From Vitrella brassicaformis CCMP3155 (lineage: Eukaryota > Protista > Chromerida): 64,000 nucleotides of DNA. The stretch's first letter is position 1. Each line of letters starts with the position of its first letter. The stretch spans positions 1-64,000 of the forward strand of contig CDMY01000475.1 in the NCBI GenBank assembly GCA_001179505.1, given 5' to 3'. Made by a program: the position numbers and the translations under genes. The notes under the pieces were generated by a model, which saw nothing but the letters and a program-made list of their open reading frames with translations, was not told where the DNA came from and ran no database searches. Positions 52,463-64,000 of the stretch are shown piece by piece.

Positions 52463-55400
52463 ATGAGGGGCATGCGAGCGACTCTGAGGTACAGTGCATC
52501 TGCTCATCGACACATCGAAGAGGCATTGTTGGCAAAGCGAGATGAGAACGATCAGGAGGAGCTGCATTTACGATGGGGGCAGGGGGGGTGTCTGGGACTT
52601 TCCTTCTATCTGACTTGTTCAATTGCGATGGGCGGCGGGCAGTCCACGTGCGGAGAACTTCGAGCACAACGTGCTCACCTCCTCGTCGACTCGCAGGCAC
52701 CCTCACGCCCACAGAAGCCTCGCGTGAAGCGGCCCCGGATCAGCGGGAAGCGCCTTGCCGCTTCCGGTCGCGAGCCTCTCCTCGGCTCCGACAGTGTCTT
52801 GGAAATCGACGAAAACGGGGCGTATCTGGTGAGGCGACACAGTCAGCCTCTCTTTTGCCGTGGATGTGGTCTTTGGTTCCCATCGGTGCAGGGCCCTCTG
52901 GCAGTGGGGCAGAGGAGCGGATGGGCGGTGCAGCAGACCGCAGATCACTTATACGAGGGTATGCATAGCCATGATTGAGATCCATTCACACATCTTCTCG
53001 TCTCTTGCGTGTGTCTTTGAACACACACCTCTTCAGGCGAGTTCGAGTCATCAAAGAAACATGGGTGGGGGGCACTGACGTGGCTTCATGTCAAAGACGC
53101 AGTGCAGGTGACATACTTTGGTGACTTCGAGAGTGATCTGCCCAGCGGTGAATGAACGCATTTCCATATGGACATCGATTCTCGCCCTCTCATTTCCTGT
53201 GCTTACCTGCTTCCACTCAGGCAATGGTGTGCTGGTGCATCCCAAGGGTCATCTTATTACCATCACAAAGGAAGGAGCCCGGTTCCTCTTCGACCGCAGA
53301 TCTCCCTGCACCCCCCTGAAGACCACCTATCGACAGCCATTGCCTTCCAGCAGTGGCCCCACGGCACTCCTCTCTCAAGCGTCAACCCGTGAGTCGCTCA
53401 GCAGCCCCATGCACAAGCCCCTTTCCCCCAAGCTCAGTCCATCGACTCGGTTCCATCTTCCCAAGTTCCTCGTCCGAAGCCAAGCAACACGGATAGGTTT
53501 CGCTGGTGTCCGATTCTTGAGTGGCGGCAAAGATGACAGCAAGGAGCCACCGTCTCTCTCCGGCCTCCGCTCAAGCGACAGTGAAATGTCAGTCGGCCAG
53601 CAGTCATTTTATCGACAGCTGCAGCGCGACGGAGCCGTCTTTATTCACGACAACGACAGCAACAGAAAGGGGCAGCGAAAATACGAGTCAATGCCAACGC
53701 CAAACGAGGACGGCTTCATTGACATTGGCGAGCACTACGAGAGGGATTTTCTGGCGCTACCTTACATCAATGCGCCAACAGAGGAGAAGTCCAAGAGCAT
53801 AATCGCCGAGGCCTCAGCGGCAAAGGCGATTGAGTGAGTACCACACACATAGCAAGGGATGCCGGTCGATTGTATTGACTCTCCTTCTTTTGTTTGTTGC
53901 TTTCTATTTACGTGGACGCCGACACATCTGAGCCAGTTCCTGCAATCTGTGTCTTTACCATTCTCCGCCCACGCCCTGCGTCGCGTGTCAATCGATGGGG
54001 TGGCTTTCATCAACGCGACACAACACGGTGACAACACAAGCGAGACACAGGGCAAAGTTCTCATTGGTAGAGGATTTGTGTTGTATGTATCAGATTTGGT
54101 GGCCTGGGGCTGCCCAGCCCAAGACAGTAAAGCTCTCGACATCATCAAAAGGTGGTTATCAGCAAGGGTGACAAGGTGCCTGGACACTAAGAGGCAAGCC
54201 CGCATCCTACAGTCTGGCAGGACAAGACACAAGTAGCTTCCCGTTGATTGCTTTCAGGCTCACATCGCAGCAATGTCCAGATGAAGCGACTACTCGAAGG
54301 CCAAGTCGTCTGCCACTCTCTCTCCCCCGATGTCTTCAGCGTGCATCGGCACTCCGAGCGAGCCGCCCACTTCGGCGCAGCTCCATGCAGGAGACATGCC
54401 ACTTGACGTCTCTCCTCAACCGTAACGGCGTGAAGGTCATCCCCAAGGAGTACCTGATGGGTATCATGAATACAACACAAAGAAGAGCACAAGAGACACA
54501 CGTGTGCACATGTGTGTTTCAGGTAATAAGTCCATCGTCAAGGAGACGGACACCATCAGTATTTACAATGAATGCTGGAAGGGCTGGTCGGATGATCCTG
54601 TGGCGGACGGGAGGCCACAAATCGGGTACAATCGATGGGCGCTGCCTAGGAGACAGTCAATTGCGGTGACGGTGAAGTGCTTCAAAGCTGATCTGGAGAC
54701 CAGGTCAGTTTCGGCAGTTGAGCTACATGCAAATTCTGCTGCGGCTTCAAGTTATGTGTTTATGTCTGTATGCAGACAGCACAGCATGGCTGCCTTCAGG
54801 AAGGAGCTTGAGGCACTGCTGACGGTGGGGTGCCATCTTGAGGACGATGCGGCACCAAAGGATGTCGTGAGGCTGCTGGGTGTGGTCAAAGAAAGGAAGA
54901 CGGTAACCAGAATAACAGAATAACAGACAGACACTGCAGACACTGTGAATGCTAGCTGTCGGCATCCTGTCGCTATATTTGTCTCTGTGCATCAGACCCT
55001 CATCAAGCATCGTCGCCATTCAAATGGCAAGGCCAATGAGGAGAGCCAGGTCAGTCAAGGCGGGCCGCTTTGCAATGATGACTGGCTCACTGCATACGAT
55101 GTCATGTCACTGTCAGTGCTTCACCAAGTTCAGCCTTGTTTTCGAGCGTCAAAAGAGCCGACTGTCTACCTTCCTACGCAGCCGACAACAACGCGGCAAG
55201 AAGGCGGGCGTCGGCCGTGTGTTTGGTTGCTGCGGGTGGGGAGTGAGGTCAGCTGTGGATCGCATGACCGCATTCGGCAAGGCCGAGCTGCTCGGGGGCA
55301 TTTGCAGGGGGATGACCAGGCTGCACAAATGTGGTGTGATCCATGGCAGACTCAGCAGGTGAGGGCGTGAGGAGGGGAAAATTTTAGAGGGACCGCAATA

Positions 55401-56156
55401 CAATCTGGAATGGTCTTGTATCGCAGTGACTCGATATTCATCAACAAAGACAACACGCCAATGATTGGCGGATTCGACGATGCATGGGTCGAGGTAAGGA
55501 CCGTAAGGATGTCTTTGATTTAGGCTGTGCACATCATGTTCTTCTTCTTCCTTATTTAGAGCAATTCGACTTTCAAAGCCCCCCCAGCCCAGCCCAACCT
55601 CACAGTCTCTCCAACCGTCATCCTAGATCGCCGCTCTCACAAGCCACCTCGCCGGGCCTCACAGAAGGCCCTCTTTGCCCGAGTCGATTCTACTGGCGAT
55701 CCTCGCTACACTGCGCCGGAGGTGCTTCGTGGCGAGGGCTTGACGGAGGCGGCAGATGTGTATTCCTTCGGTATGATCATGGGGGAGGTCTTCTCGAGAA
55801 GCAGGCCTTTTAATGGTACTTGATTGCAGACGCTTAAAGGCATGGCTTCCCTGATTGTATGTGCATATGTCCGTCACTATGTGTGTGTCTCTCCTTCAGA
55901 AAACTCAGATGCTGCTGTTGTGTGCGGGCGAGGATACTCTCAGTTGCTGACCGCCCCATCGACCATCGCCGAGGCAGTGCCTGCGCCCTTGCGAGAGATG
56001 TACGATGCCTGCCGCAGGACAGATCCGAACGCCAGGCCATCCTTCAGCTGCTTGCTCGATGCCCTACAAGCTATTGTATATGCTGACGAAGCCACGGACA
56101 CACTCGGAACCTTCATGGGTGTAGAGTACTTTTGGGATGATTGGGAGCTGGTATGA
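52463..56156 (+). CDS. TKL-like pseudokinase with long N-terminal extension; 5' end uncertain
   Basis: VTVKCFK (II), AFRKELEAL (III), VVRLLGVV (IV), GICRGMTRLHKCGVIHGRLS (VIb, HRD absent), IFINKDNTPMIGGFD (VII, DFG absent), GDPRYTAPEVLRG, ADVYSFGMIMGEV, CRRTDPNARPSF. Confidence 0.7.
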
Positions 56157-57031
56157 GTGGGTTGTGCTTCGCTTGTTTCTTGTGCAGTGGAGACATAAGC
56201 CGTGTGTAAGGCAGTCCGGTTTGTTATGAATTGTGGGCAACAAGTCTGTCTGTCTTGCCCGCTTTGTCTCTCTGTTGAAGGGGGTTGACGCACAAGAGAG
56301 AGGGAGGGAGGGAGGGATCTGTATTTTGAGTGCACGCTTCTCGCCGTGTCGCTTCGCGTGTACATCAGCTTAATCGATCAGAGGCCTCCTAGTGCCGTTT
56401 GTCTGCCTGTGAGACCTTGACTCGCTGCACGGCTATGGATAACGTGTGTATGTTTGCGCTTCAAAATAGTGCTGAGGTACCTGGCCTCCTCAGCCGGGCC
56501 GTCGGCCCCACTGCAGCCTACACACATACACACACACACACAGCCACAGTGGGCATCTATCGCCCCGCCACACAGGCTCTCGCACCTGTCTGCTCGGCCG
56601 CTCCTTGAGCTTGAAGATCCTGAACTCGGGCGCATGTGGTGCCGGCGTGGCCTTGGGCTTATTGACGGACCGCTCGGTGGGCTGTTAGGCGGACGGCCCC
56701 ATGAGGCGGTTGTCGCGGTGTGCGCGGGGTCGGTCGCAGATGATACATCGCAAAGAGGGATGGATCGTGTGTGCGCAGTGCAGTGATGGATGCGTCCGCT
56801 TCAGAACATCGTGGTAGGCGGCACAAGAACGACTGATGCCAAGCAAACAGAGCCATGCCGAGCACTGGGGCCGCTGTGTTTACGTGATGCACGGCACACT
56901 ATTAAAAACACTAACGGCGGCACCAAAACAGGGCATCAGCAGGCAGCCAGCTCACCTCTCGCCAATCATCACTGGTGAACGTGTTCATTTCAGGTGGAGG
57001 CAGGGCGGCAATTTGCTATTCCGTGGTGTCT

Positions 57032-58582
57032 ATGTCCCACCATGGTAGTCTGCCTGCCCCAGACCTGCCCCTTCACCCGCCCCCCTTCATAGCCACCTCC
57101 TCCCGCCCCCCTCACCCACCCCCCTTCATCACCAAGCGCTCGCGCGACGCCGGCCGGCCAGGCTACATCGCTCTCTGCTCGCCCAATGGGCTCAGCAGCT
57201 GGCAGGACTGGCGCACCAAGCACGAGGAGCAGGGCAGGAGCGACATCGCCAATGACAACTTCTCCTTCCGCAGGGCGCAGCCCAACAGCGACTACTATAG
57301 TGAGGAGGAGAACTGCTGGATCTTCCAGACCCGCCGATCCAACCAGTATTGCAGCCTGCGGTGCCGCGTCCGCCTCCACGCCAATTTTCCCTTCTTGGTA
57401 TGGACGTGCGGCGAGTGCCATCTGTGCCGCGGGGGCGGGGGGGAGCGCCTCTCGTGCAACAGACGGAGGCTGTTCGGCAACGCCCTGATGGACGACAACG
57501 CGGCGGCGAGGGCGCAGCGGATTGTGTGTCTGTGTGGGCGGATCTATGACAGCAGCAAGTTCTACAAGGAGCACATGAGCCTGTGGCACGACCCTGGGAT
57601 GATCGCCACCAAGGGGCCCGACCATATGCTCGCCGGACTCGGTGAGACGGGCGGCACACAGGCACACGCACACATACGCAGAGAGGGAGGGAATATTAGT
57701 TTCAGCGTGTGCATGTGCCGTATTGGTGTTGATCACCGACAGAGATCCTGAAGACCTATGACAGCACCAGGGGCAGCGGCAAGCAGTACCTGGAGCTATT
57801 CGAGATCAAAGACGTCAGTCACCCTGGTCAGACACACAGTTCTCTGTGCTGTGCGGCACCCATCTTGCTTGCCTACATAAATGGTGCGTTGTGTTCTTGT
57901 GTATCAGACTACAACACCAAATTGCACGCGAGCGACATCATTGGCTTTTTCGAGGACCGGGGACTCACTCCCGATGTGCGCCGGAAACACACGCAGCAAA
58001 CCACACTCAGCACAGCACAGCAGAGATACGCTCTCACGCACTCTGTCTCTTCTTTCCCCTTCAGTCACAGATGCAGACGACGTTGATGTCGACGATGCAC
58101 CCCTTGCAACGGTCAGAGGCCTTCAACGCCTTCCTCCCACAGTACAAAAGCAACAACCAAGCACTATTACGACAAGCCGCGTCCTCACGCGTCAGCAGTG
58201 GTGTCAGGGGGCCACCACAGACGGGCAACGCCTCCTCGCAGCCACCATACCCCCACTCCCACTCGCACCAGTGCTGGTCGCAGCCCCCATTCGCCCCTCT
58301 GCCCGCGTTGGCGCCCTCGACGCCAGACGGCCTTCACGGCAAGGACATGAGCGAGCAGGGTGGCTCTGGGTGGTCCAGTGCTGCCGGGGGGGAGGGGGGC
58401 CGGGAAGGCGACCAGCATGAAGGAGGGGGCGATCAGGGGCCACTTCTTAATGCAGCGCTGCCTCACAGCCCGGTCGGCAGGGGCGTCAAGACGGAGGCAC
58501 ACGCTACTGCTGCCGACGGCACCAAGGTCGGATCAGAGATCAGAGACAACACGGCACCCAGCACCTATCATGCACTGGCTCT

Positions 58583-58613
<31 letters not shown>

Positions 58614-59736
58614 CCTGCCTGCCCTTCTAGCAGATGGACCAGTCGTCTCCGCCGATATCGACAATGTCGTCAGCCTTCACCCCGCCCCTCCAAAGGCAGC
58701 CCTACCCCTCTCACAGCCGGCCATCCCGCCCAGGCAGCGACAGCAGCAACGTCCTTGGATGTCCAGACAGCGATATGCTCGAGCCAATGGCCATCATAGG
58801 CGGCGACTCGCAGACGGACTTCTTCGGCGGCGTGCGCGTCAAGGAGGAGCTGATGGACGGCAGCGACGATAATGTGGTGGGCCTGGGCGGCCTTGGCGAC
58901 CGTGGGTTTGGAGTGATGAGTCCAATGGGCGATGCTGCCACGAGAAGATGCTCACCCAGGGTAAGGATTGGGATGGTGGGAAGGAGGCAGCAAGCAGAGG
59001 TCCATTGTGTGTGTATGTGTGTGGTGTGAGTCAGTCGAGTTCTGCAGCCGTCAGCAGCAGCAGGAGCAGCACGACGTCGCCCGATCCAGGGCCGGCCCTC
59101 ACTTTGGTGCGGATGCGCAAGGCCAACGGTGGCAAGGCGCTCTCCCGTTACGTCCCGAATACCACCACCATCGGCGACCTTACAGACGACTACAACCCAT
59201 TCAGGCCGCACGCCTGCATTGTCAGGCCCTGCTTCGACACAACAGCCACAGCCACAGCCACAACCGCTACCGACACCAAAACCACCGCCAGCAACACAGC
59301 CAGCAGCAGCTCCGGCAGTGGGGGCGAAAACGGTGAGGGCGGCGAGAGCAGCAGTGGCAGTGGCGGGGAGCGGGGCGTGTCGGGCCCCGCCTTCGCGTCT
59401 GACCCGAACACGACGCTGCCGTGCCCCATCGACCGCACCACCACTCTCCACCAGATGTGTCGGCATTACAGCCAGCCGGTGGAGGGGCCCCTGACGCTCA
59501 TATTCGACGAAGACGACACCGAGGGCTGGTGGCATCCTACAGTCTGGCAGGACAAGACACAAGTAGCTTCCCGTTCATCGCTTTCAGGCTCACATCGCAG
59601 CAATGTCCTAATGAAGCGTCTACTCGAAGGCCAAGTCGTCTGCCACTCTCTCTCCCCCGATGCCTTCAGCGTGCATCGGCACTCCATGCGAGCCGCCCAC
59701 TTCGGCGCAGCCCCATGCAGGAGACATGCCACTTGA
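57032..59736 (+). CDS. hypothetical Cys/His-rich (Zn-finger-like) protein, possibly a transcriptional regulator; 3' end runs into duplicated kinase-derived sequence
   Basis: CWIFQTRRSNQYCSLRCRVRLH..WTCGECHLC and CLCGRIYDSSKFYKEHMSLWH (C-x-C-x12-H-x4-H); in-phase downstream exons; S/P/Q/G-rich regions. Confidence 0.55.
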
Positions 59737-60086
59737 CGTCTCTCCTCAACCGTAACGGCGTCAAGGTCATTCCCAAGGAGTACCTGATGGGTACCATGTG
59801 TGCAAGAAGAGCACAAGAGACACACGTGTGCATGTGTGTGTTTCAGGTAATAAGTCCATCGTCAAGGAGACAGACACCGTCTCCATGTACATTACATGCT
59901 GGAACGGCTGGTCGGAGGATCCTGTGGCGGACGGAAGGCCACAGATCGGGTATAATCGGTGGGCACTTCCCAGAAGACAGTCCATCATTCCAGAGGCCTC
60001 CTAATGCCGCTTGTCTGCCTGTGAGACCTTGACTAGCTGCACGGCTATGGATAACGTGTGTATGTTTGCGCTTCAAAGTAGTGCTG
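59532..60086 (+). repeat. internally deleted paralogous copy of the pseudokinase locus: 54202-~54660 joined to 56379-56474
   Basis: Direct visual alignment shows the same exon and intron sequence at an offset of ~5330, then a jump to the sequence 3' of the pseudokinase gene. Confidence 0.92.
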
Positions 60087-60407
60087 CTTCTCATTCCTGA
60101 GGCGATTAATCAGTAGCCACATCGAGGCCCACCCATGCATGACGCATCAGCTCAACCGTGTCCCTTCATGCATTGATGGCCAATGACAACCAAAGCAACA
60201 CACGAACCCATCGGGGTCACTGCCCATTCACCATCTCACTCATCGTAGCAATCTCACAGGCGGCTGTCAAGAATGGAGCACTTCAGCGTGCCCTATTCGT
60301 AGTGAGCAGCATGGATAGTGGACCATTGTGTGGGGTGGTTAGAGGACAGCCAGTCGCAGAACAACAATCGCCACGCCATCGCCAGCACCGTTGTCTCCTT
60401 CCATCCG

Positions 60408-62894
60408 TCACAGTGCCGATGTGTCCACAGAAAAGTCATTGGCACTCATCTGGTCGATGCGACTCAACACCTGCGCACAAGCCACACACACACGCATGGA
60501 GCAGCTCCATGCACAAGTATCTTTCCCCATGCTCACTCACCTGGCCCATTCTGTTGAGCTCTCCGAGTGTCTGCTGCTGTCTTGCGATCTCCTCCACCTC
60601 TTCCTTGGACATCGGGCCGGCGCGCTGGCTCAGCTGCTGCACTGACTGCTGGTGGATGGCGGCCAAAGCAGCCGCATTTGGCTGCACACACACGGCCAGC
60701 CAACAGAGAGGATGGTATATGATTCGTCGTGGTGGGCATAGGTATGCATTTCTCACCGCCATGTAGTTGGCTGATGTGTCGGGGTATGCTGCCGTGACGG
60801 TCTCGCCCATTTCCCTGACACTCTTCTTGACGGGCAGCCCCGCCGCCCGCCGGGCCTCCTGCTCGTCGAGCTCCGCCTGCTTCTGACGCACAGTGTGCTC
60901 CATCTGGGCTGCCTGCCACATACCCTGGGACTGATAGATAGACACATACACACACAGGCAGGGAGAGGGAGGGGGGAATGTGCGTTCGATCCATCTGTTG
61001 GCGTGGGTTTGGTCTGTTTGTTGTGTGTGGGAATGTTACCGCAGCGCCGCCGATTGTGTCCTGTATGTTTGTGAGTCGGCGATCGACGGCCGCGTCAAAG
61101 TCCTTCTTGAGATCCTTGTCGTCACTTCTCTGAGCCCTGCATGGACGCGATGGAGAGGGGAAGGAGAGATGCGCGTGGGTTGGTGTCTGTGCTGTGTGAT
61201 GGTGTGTTGTGTTGTGTTACCTGGGGTTTGGGTTGTCGTATGCCCATTTGACAGTGATCATCTCGTCTTTCCTGTCGAGCCACTGATCCATCATGGCCAC
61301 CTTGGCGAACTCGGCCGCAGCCCTGACGACCCAACCCCACCCCCCACACACACAGACAGACAGGCCATGGCAAATGGATGGATGGATGTATGGGTGTGGA
61401 TAAGTGAGTGAGGGCGTGCAAGTGCTACCCACCTGTATTCGTATTCGACGAATGCGATGTTCTTGTTGGGGATGACGCGCATATGGACAATGGGACCTGC
61501 AGACAGACAGTACACACCACAGTCAGTTATGAAGGGGCTTTAGGTCCGTTCGTTCATTCACTGCCCCCCGACTCACTCACCCCACATGGAGAAGTTCCGC
61601 CTGACGCTCTCCTCCAAGACGGCATACCCATCAGGGAGGCCACTGACATAAACAAACAAACAAACACACACACGTGAATGAGAAACCTATATGCTCATCC
61701 CTCCCTCGCTCCCTGGCTCCCCGATGAGCTGAGCTACCCACCCACCGGTCCATTTTGAGGTCTCCGATGAAGAGCGTCCTGCAGTCCTTCTCAAAGGTCC
61801 CCACACCGCCCATATCGTCGCGGTGCTTCATGTGCCGCTCGCGCCCGAAGATGTCGTGAGTGTTGTCCAGGTGCTGGTTGTCCTCGCGGGTCGGCACACG
61901 GTGGTAGTACCGGCACTCGCGGCCCAACATGCAGCAACCCTACACACAGACAGACAGACAGGCAGGCAGGCGACACCATAACATGGGGGCATTGTGGCTG
62001 GGTGAGAGATTGGATGGGTATCCCATTCCGCGTACCCTGGCGAAGTAGTAGCAGAAGGCCGGGAATTCGGTTTCGGGCTGCGTGTCGGCCTTGGTCCAAC
62101 CAGAGTCACTGAGCAGACACACAGATGGGTTCATATGCTGGCCTGGCTTGGCGCGCTGCGTGGGTGCGGTGCGGTGCGCACGTGTATGGGTTGCATCTGG
62201 TGGAGGCCGGCTCGCGTTCCTTTCGGTCGAAGCGGTCGCTTGCGTACTTGCCGTACCAGATGTTGTAGTCCTCAGCACCTGAATCATTGCACCATCATAC
62301 ACACATAAGTGGCCACATGCAGGCTGGCTGGCTGGCTGGCTGTGCCTGTCGTTCTCTCTCCCTCGCCCTCTGCCTCTCCCTCCTCTGCCCACCCACCCAC
62401 CTTGTGTGTACGAGTATTTCTTGAACTCTGCCTGCGCCTGCTTCCTGGCAGGCCTGCCCAGCTGCGCCGCGGTGGGTATCCTTTCGTACTCGAGCACAAT
62501 GGGATCATATCGGTACTTGGACTCGTAGTCGGCATCGGCAGCGTCGTCCTTCTTCCTCTTCTTGCCCCCACCCTGCTCGTCGTCCCCAGACGCCGACACG
62601 TGGCCTGCCGTCGGCTCACCAGCAGCAGCAGCATCTGACCAACAGAGAGCGGATGAATGGCAGTGTGTCTCATGCATCAAGCCTTCCTGCGTGATGCCAT
62701 CTCTCACCTGCCGGTTTCTCGCCCTCTCCCGTTGCCTCAGTGGGCTGTCCATTGGCTGTGGGTGGCGCCTCTGGATCTGTCCATGACATCTCGCCTGTGG
62801 CGACGTTGTAGAAGTAGGGATTCTGGCTGTTGGGGTCGACGAACTGCACCCAGAGCGGCTTGGCAGCTCCCGTCATCGACGGATCCTCTGACAT
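60408..62894 (-). CDS. CWC2: pre-mRNA splicing factor CWC2/Cwf2-like (CCCH Zn finger plus RRM) with an N-terminal WW domain
   Basis: RPARKQ, YNIWYGKY, DSGWTKAD, FCYYFARGCCMLGRECRYYHRVPT, DIFGRERH..DDMGGVGTF, RTLFIG, IAFVEYEYRAAAEFAKVAMMDQ, ITVKWAYDNPNP; N-term WVQFVDPNSQNPYFYNVATGEMSWTDP. Confidence 0.92.
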
Positions 62895-63133
62895 GGCGGA
62901 AAATCGAATGGATGGGGACGGTCAACAACAGACTGCTGCTAATAGACTTCCCAGAAGCCAAAGCTGGCCTCAGAAGCTCTGCGCGCTTAGCTCAGAGATG
63001 TGCGAGCTTTTCCCCTCCTGATGGCCCTTTTTTCCCTACTGGCCTACCAGGCAGTGCACCCCACCACGGTCAGCAAATACAACTGTCACTTGCCCATGAA
63101 TCGTTGCTGATCTGTGTGTGTTGATCTCTGCAG

Positions 63134-63892
63134 ATGACGAGCTTCGTGCGTTTGAATGTCGGCGGTCGTGAGTTCAGTGTGGCGAAGTCCACGTTGTCAC
63201 GCCACCCCGACACGCTGCTGGGGCAGCTGGTGACCAACGAGTCGACGGCCGAATACCAGCAGATCCAGCAAGGCCAGCCCGTCTTCATCGACGCCGACCC
63301 CTCTCTCTTCCCCTGTGTGGTCGACTACTACCGACACGGCACGCCGATACTCATCGACAGCTCAGTCGACAAACGCAAGCTGATGCGCGAGATGCGATTC
63401 TTCGGAATCAACGTCAGCCAGAGTGATATGGAGATGTCGGAAGAAGACCAAGCACTGCAAAAGGACGGGGTGGCTCGACGGATGGCTAACAAGATCGCAT
63501 ATGCAATCCTGGGTCGCGTGCCCCGTCCAACACCCCCCAACAGTACATACGTTCGGAGCCTTCAGGACCACGTTGTCGCCGCGTGTGAGTGGGTGGGGCC
63601 TGATGCGGACTGGCTGAAGGTGGTCAGCTCGAAGGATGACGTACATCTGATCAAGCATTCCATTCTGATCGGAATGGTGTCTGAGGAGCTTGACAAGATG
63701 ATTGCGCCCAAGTATAGGTCAAATGTGATTTTTCATTGGGAGCCGAAGATGCACGATCACTTTTATATGGAGGTGAAGTTCTTGACGGTACGTGCGTCTG
63801 TCTGCACCTCACGAGTGCCGGGCCACACGCCAACGATCAAAGGATGTGTGTATTGTTTGCGTTGTTTGCCGTGCTCTCAGAATGAGGTGTGA
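63134..63892 (+). CDS. BTB/POZ (KCTD/T1-type) domain protein
   Basis: VRLNVGGREFSVAKSTLSRHPDTLLGQL..VFIDADPSLFPCVVDYYRHG..LMREMRFFGI; probably a small intron near 63788; 3' end approximate. Confidence 0.88.
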   Translation: MTSFVRLNVGGREFSVAKSTLSRHPDTLLGQLVTNESTAEYQQIQQGQPVFIDADPSLFPCVVDYYRHGTPILIDSSVDKRKLMREMRFFGINVSQSDMEMSEEDQALQKDGVARRMANKIAYAILGRVPRPTPPNSTYVRSLQDHVVAACEWVGPDADWLKVVSSKDDVHLIKHSILIGMVSEELDKMIAPKYRSNVIFHWEPKMHDHFYMEVKFLTVRASVCTSRVPGHTPTIKGCVYCLRCLPCSQNEV

Positions 63893-64000
63893 GTATGTTC
63901 GTTGCCCTCTCAGCGAAGAGCTGATCCTTCTATTGCACCCCCGTGTCCATAGATATTCGGTGCGTGTCTTTCCATATGTGTGCCTTTTCTGACTCAGCAG

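Noticed and set aside
56378-56892. Small minus-strand ORFs or exon-like pieces between the pseudokinase and the Zn-finger gene
   Set aside because: No consistent start, splice phase or recognisable motif; cannot support a gene.

Overview
Intron-rich, GC-rich eukaryotic genomic DNA. The (GT)n/(GA)n/(GGAT)n/(CTGT)n-laden introns, bipartite plastid-type leaders and compact head-to-head genes suggest a chromerid alveolate such as Vitrella (inference, not verified). In order the window holds: a decayed Ty1/copia LTR retrotransposon with its 3' LTR (1-5579); a head-to-head pair of leader-bearing helical-repeat proteins (OPR/HPR-like and HAT/HCF107-like); a ~4.1-kb tandem duplication of a secreted EEP-fold (DNase I-like) gene, whose second copy is frameshifted; a large DEAH-box helicase; acyl-CoA oxidase; glutamate 5-kinase; a DUF192 protein; a CAMK-type kinase; NAD-dependent formate dehydrogenase; a TKL-like pseudokinase; a Zn-finger protein that runs into a deleted copy of the pseudokinase; a WW-CWC2 splicing factor; and a BTB/POZ protein. 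The most notable feature is the helicase (24147-31096). When spliced by hand it carries an N-terminal Nudix-like domain and a PARP/ART-like domain, both apparently catalytically degenerate, ahead of an intact DEAH core. All gene models were spliced by eye, so internal exon boundaries and some termini are approximate. There are three 300-N assembly gaps.
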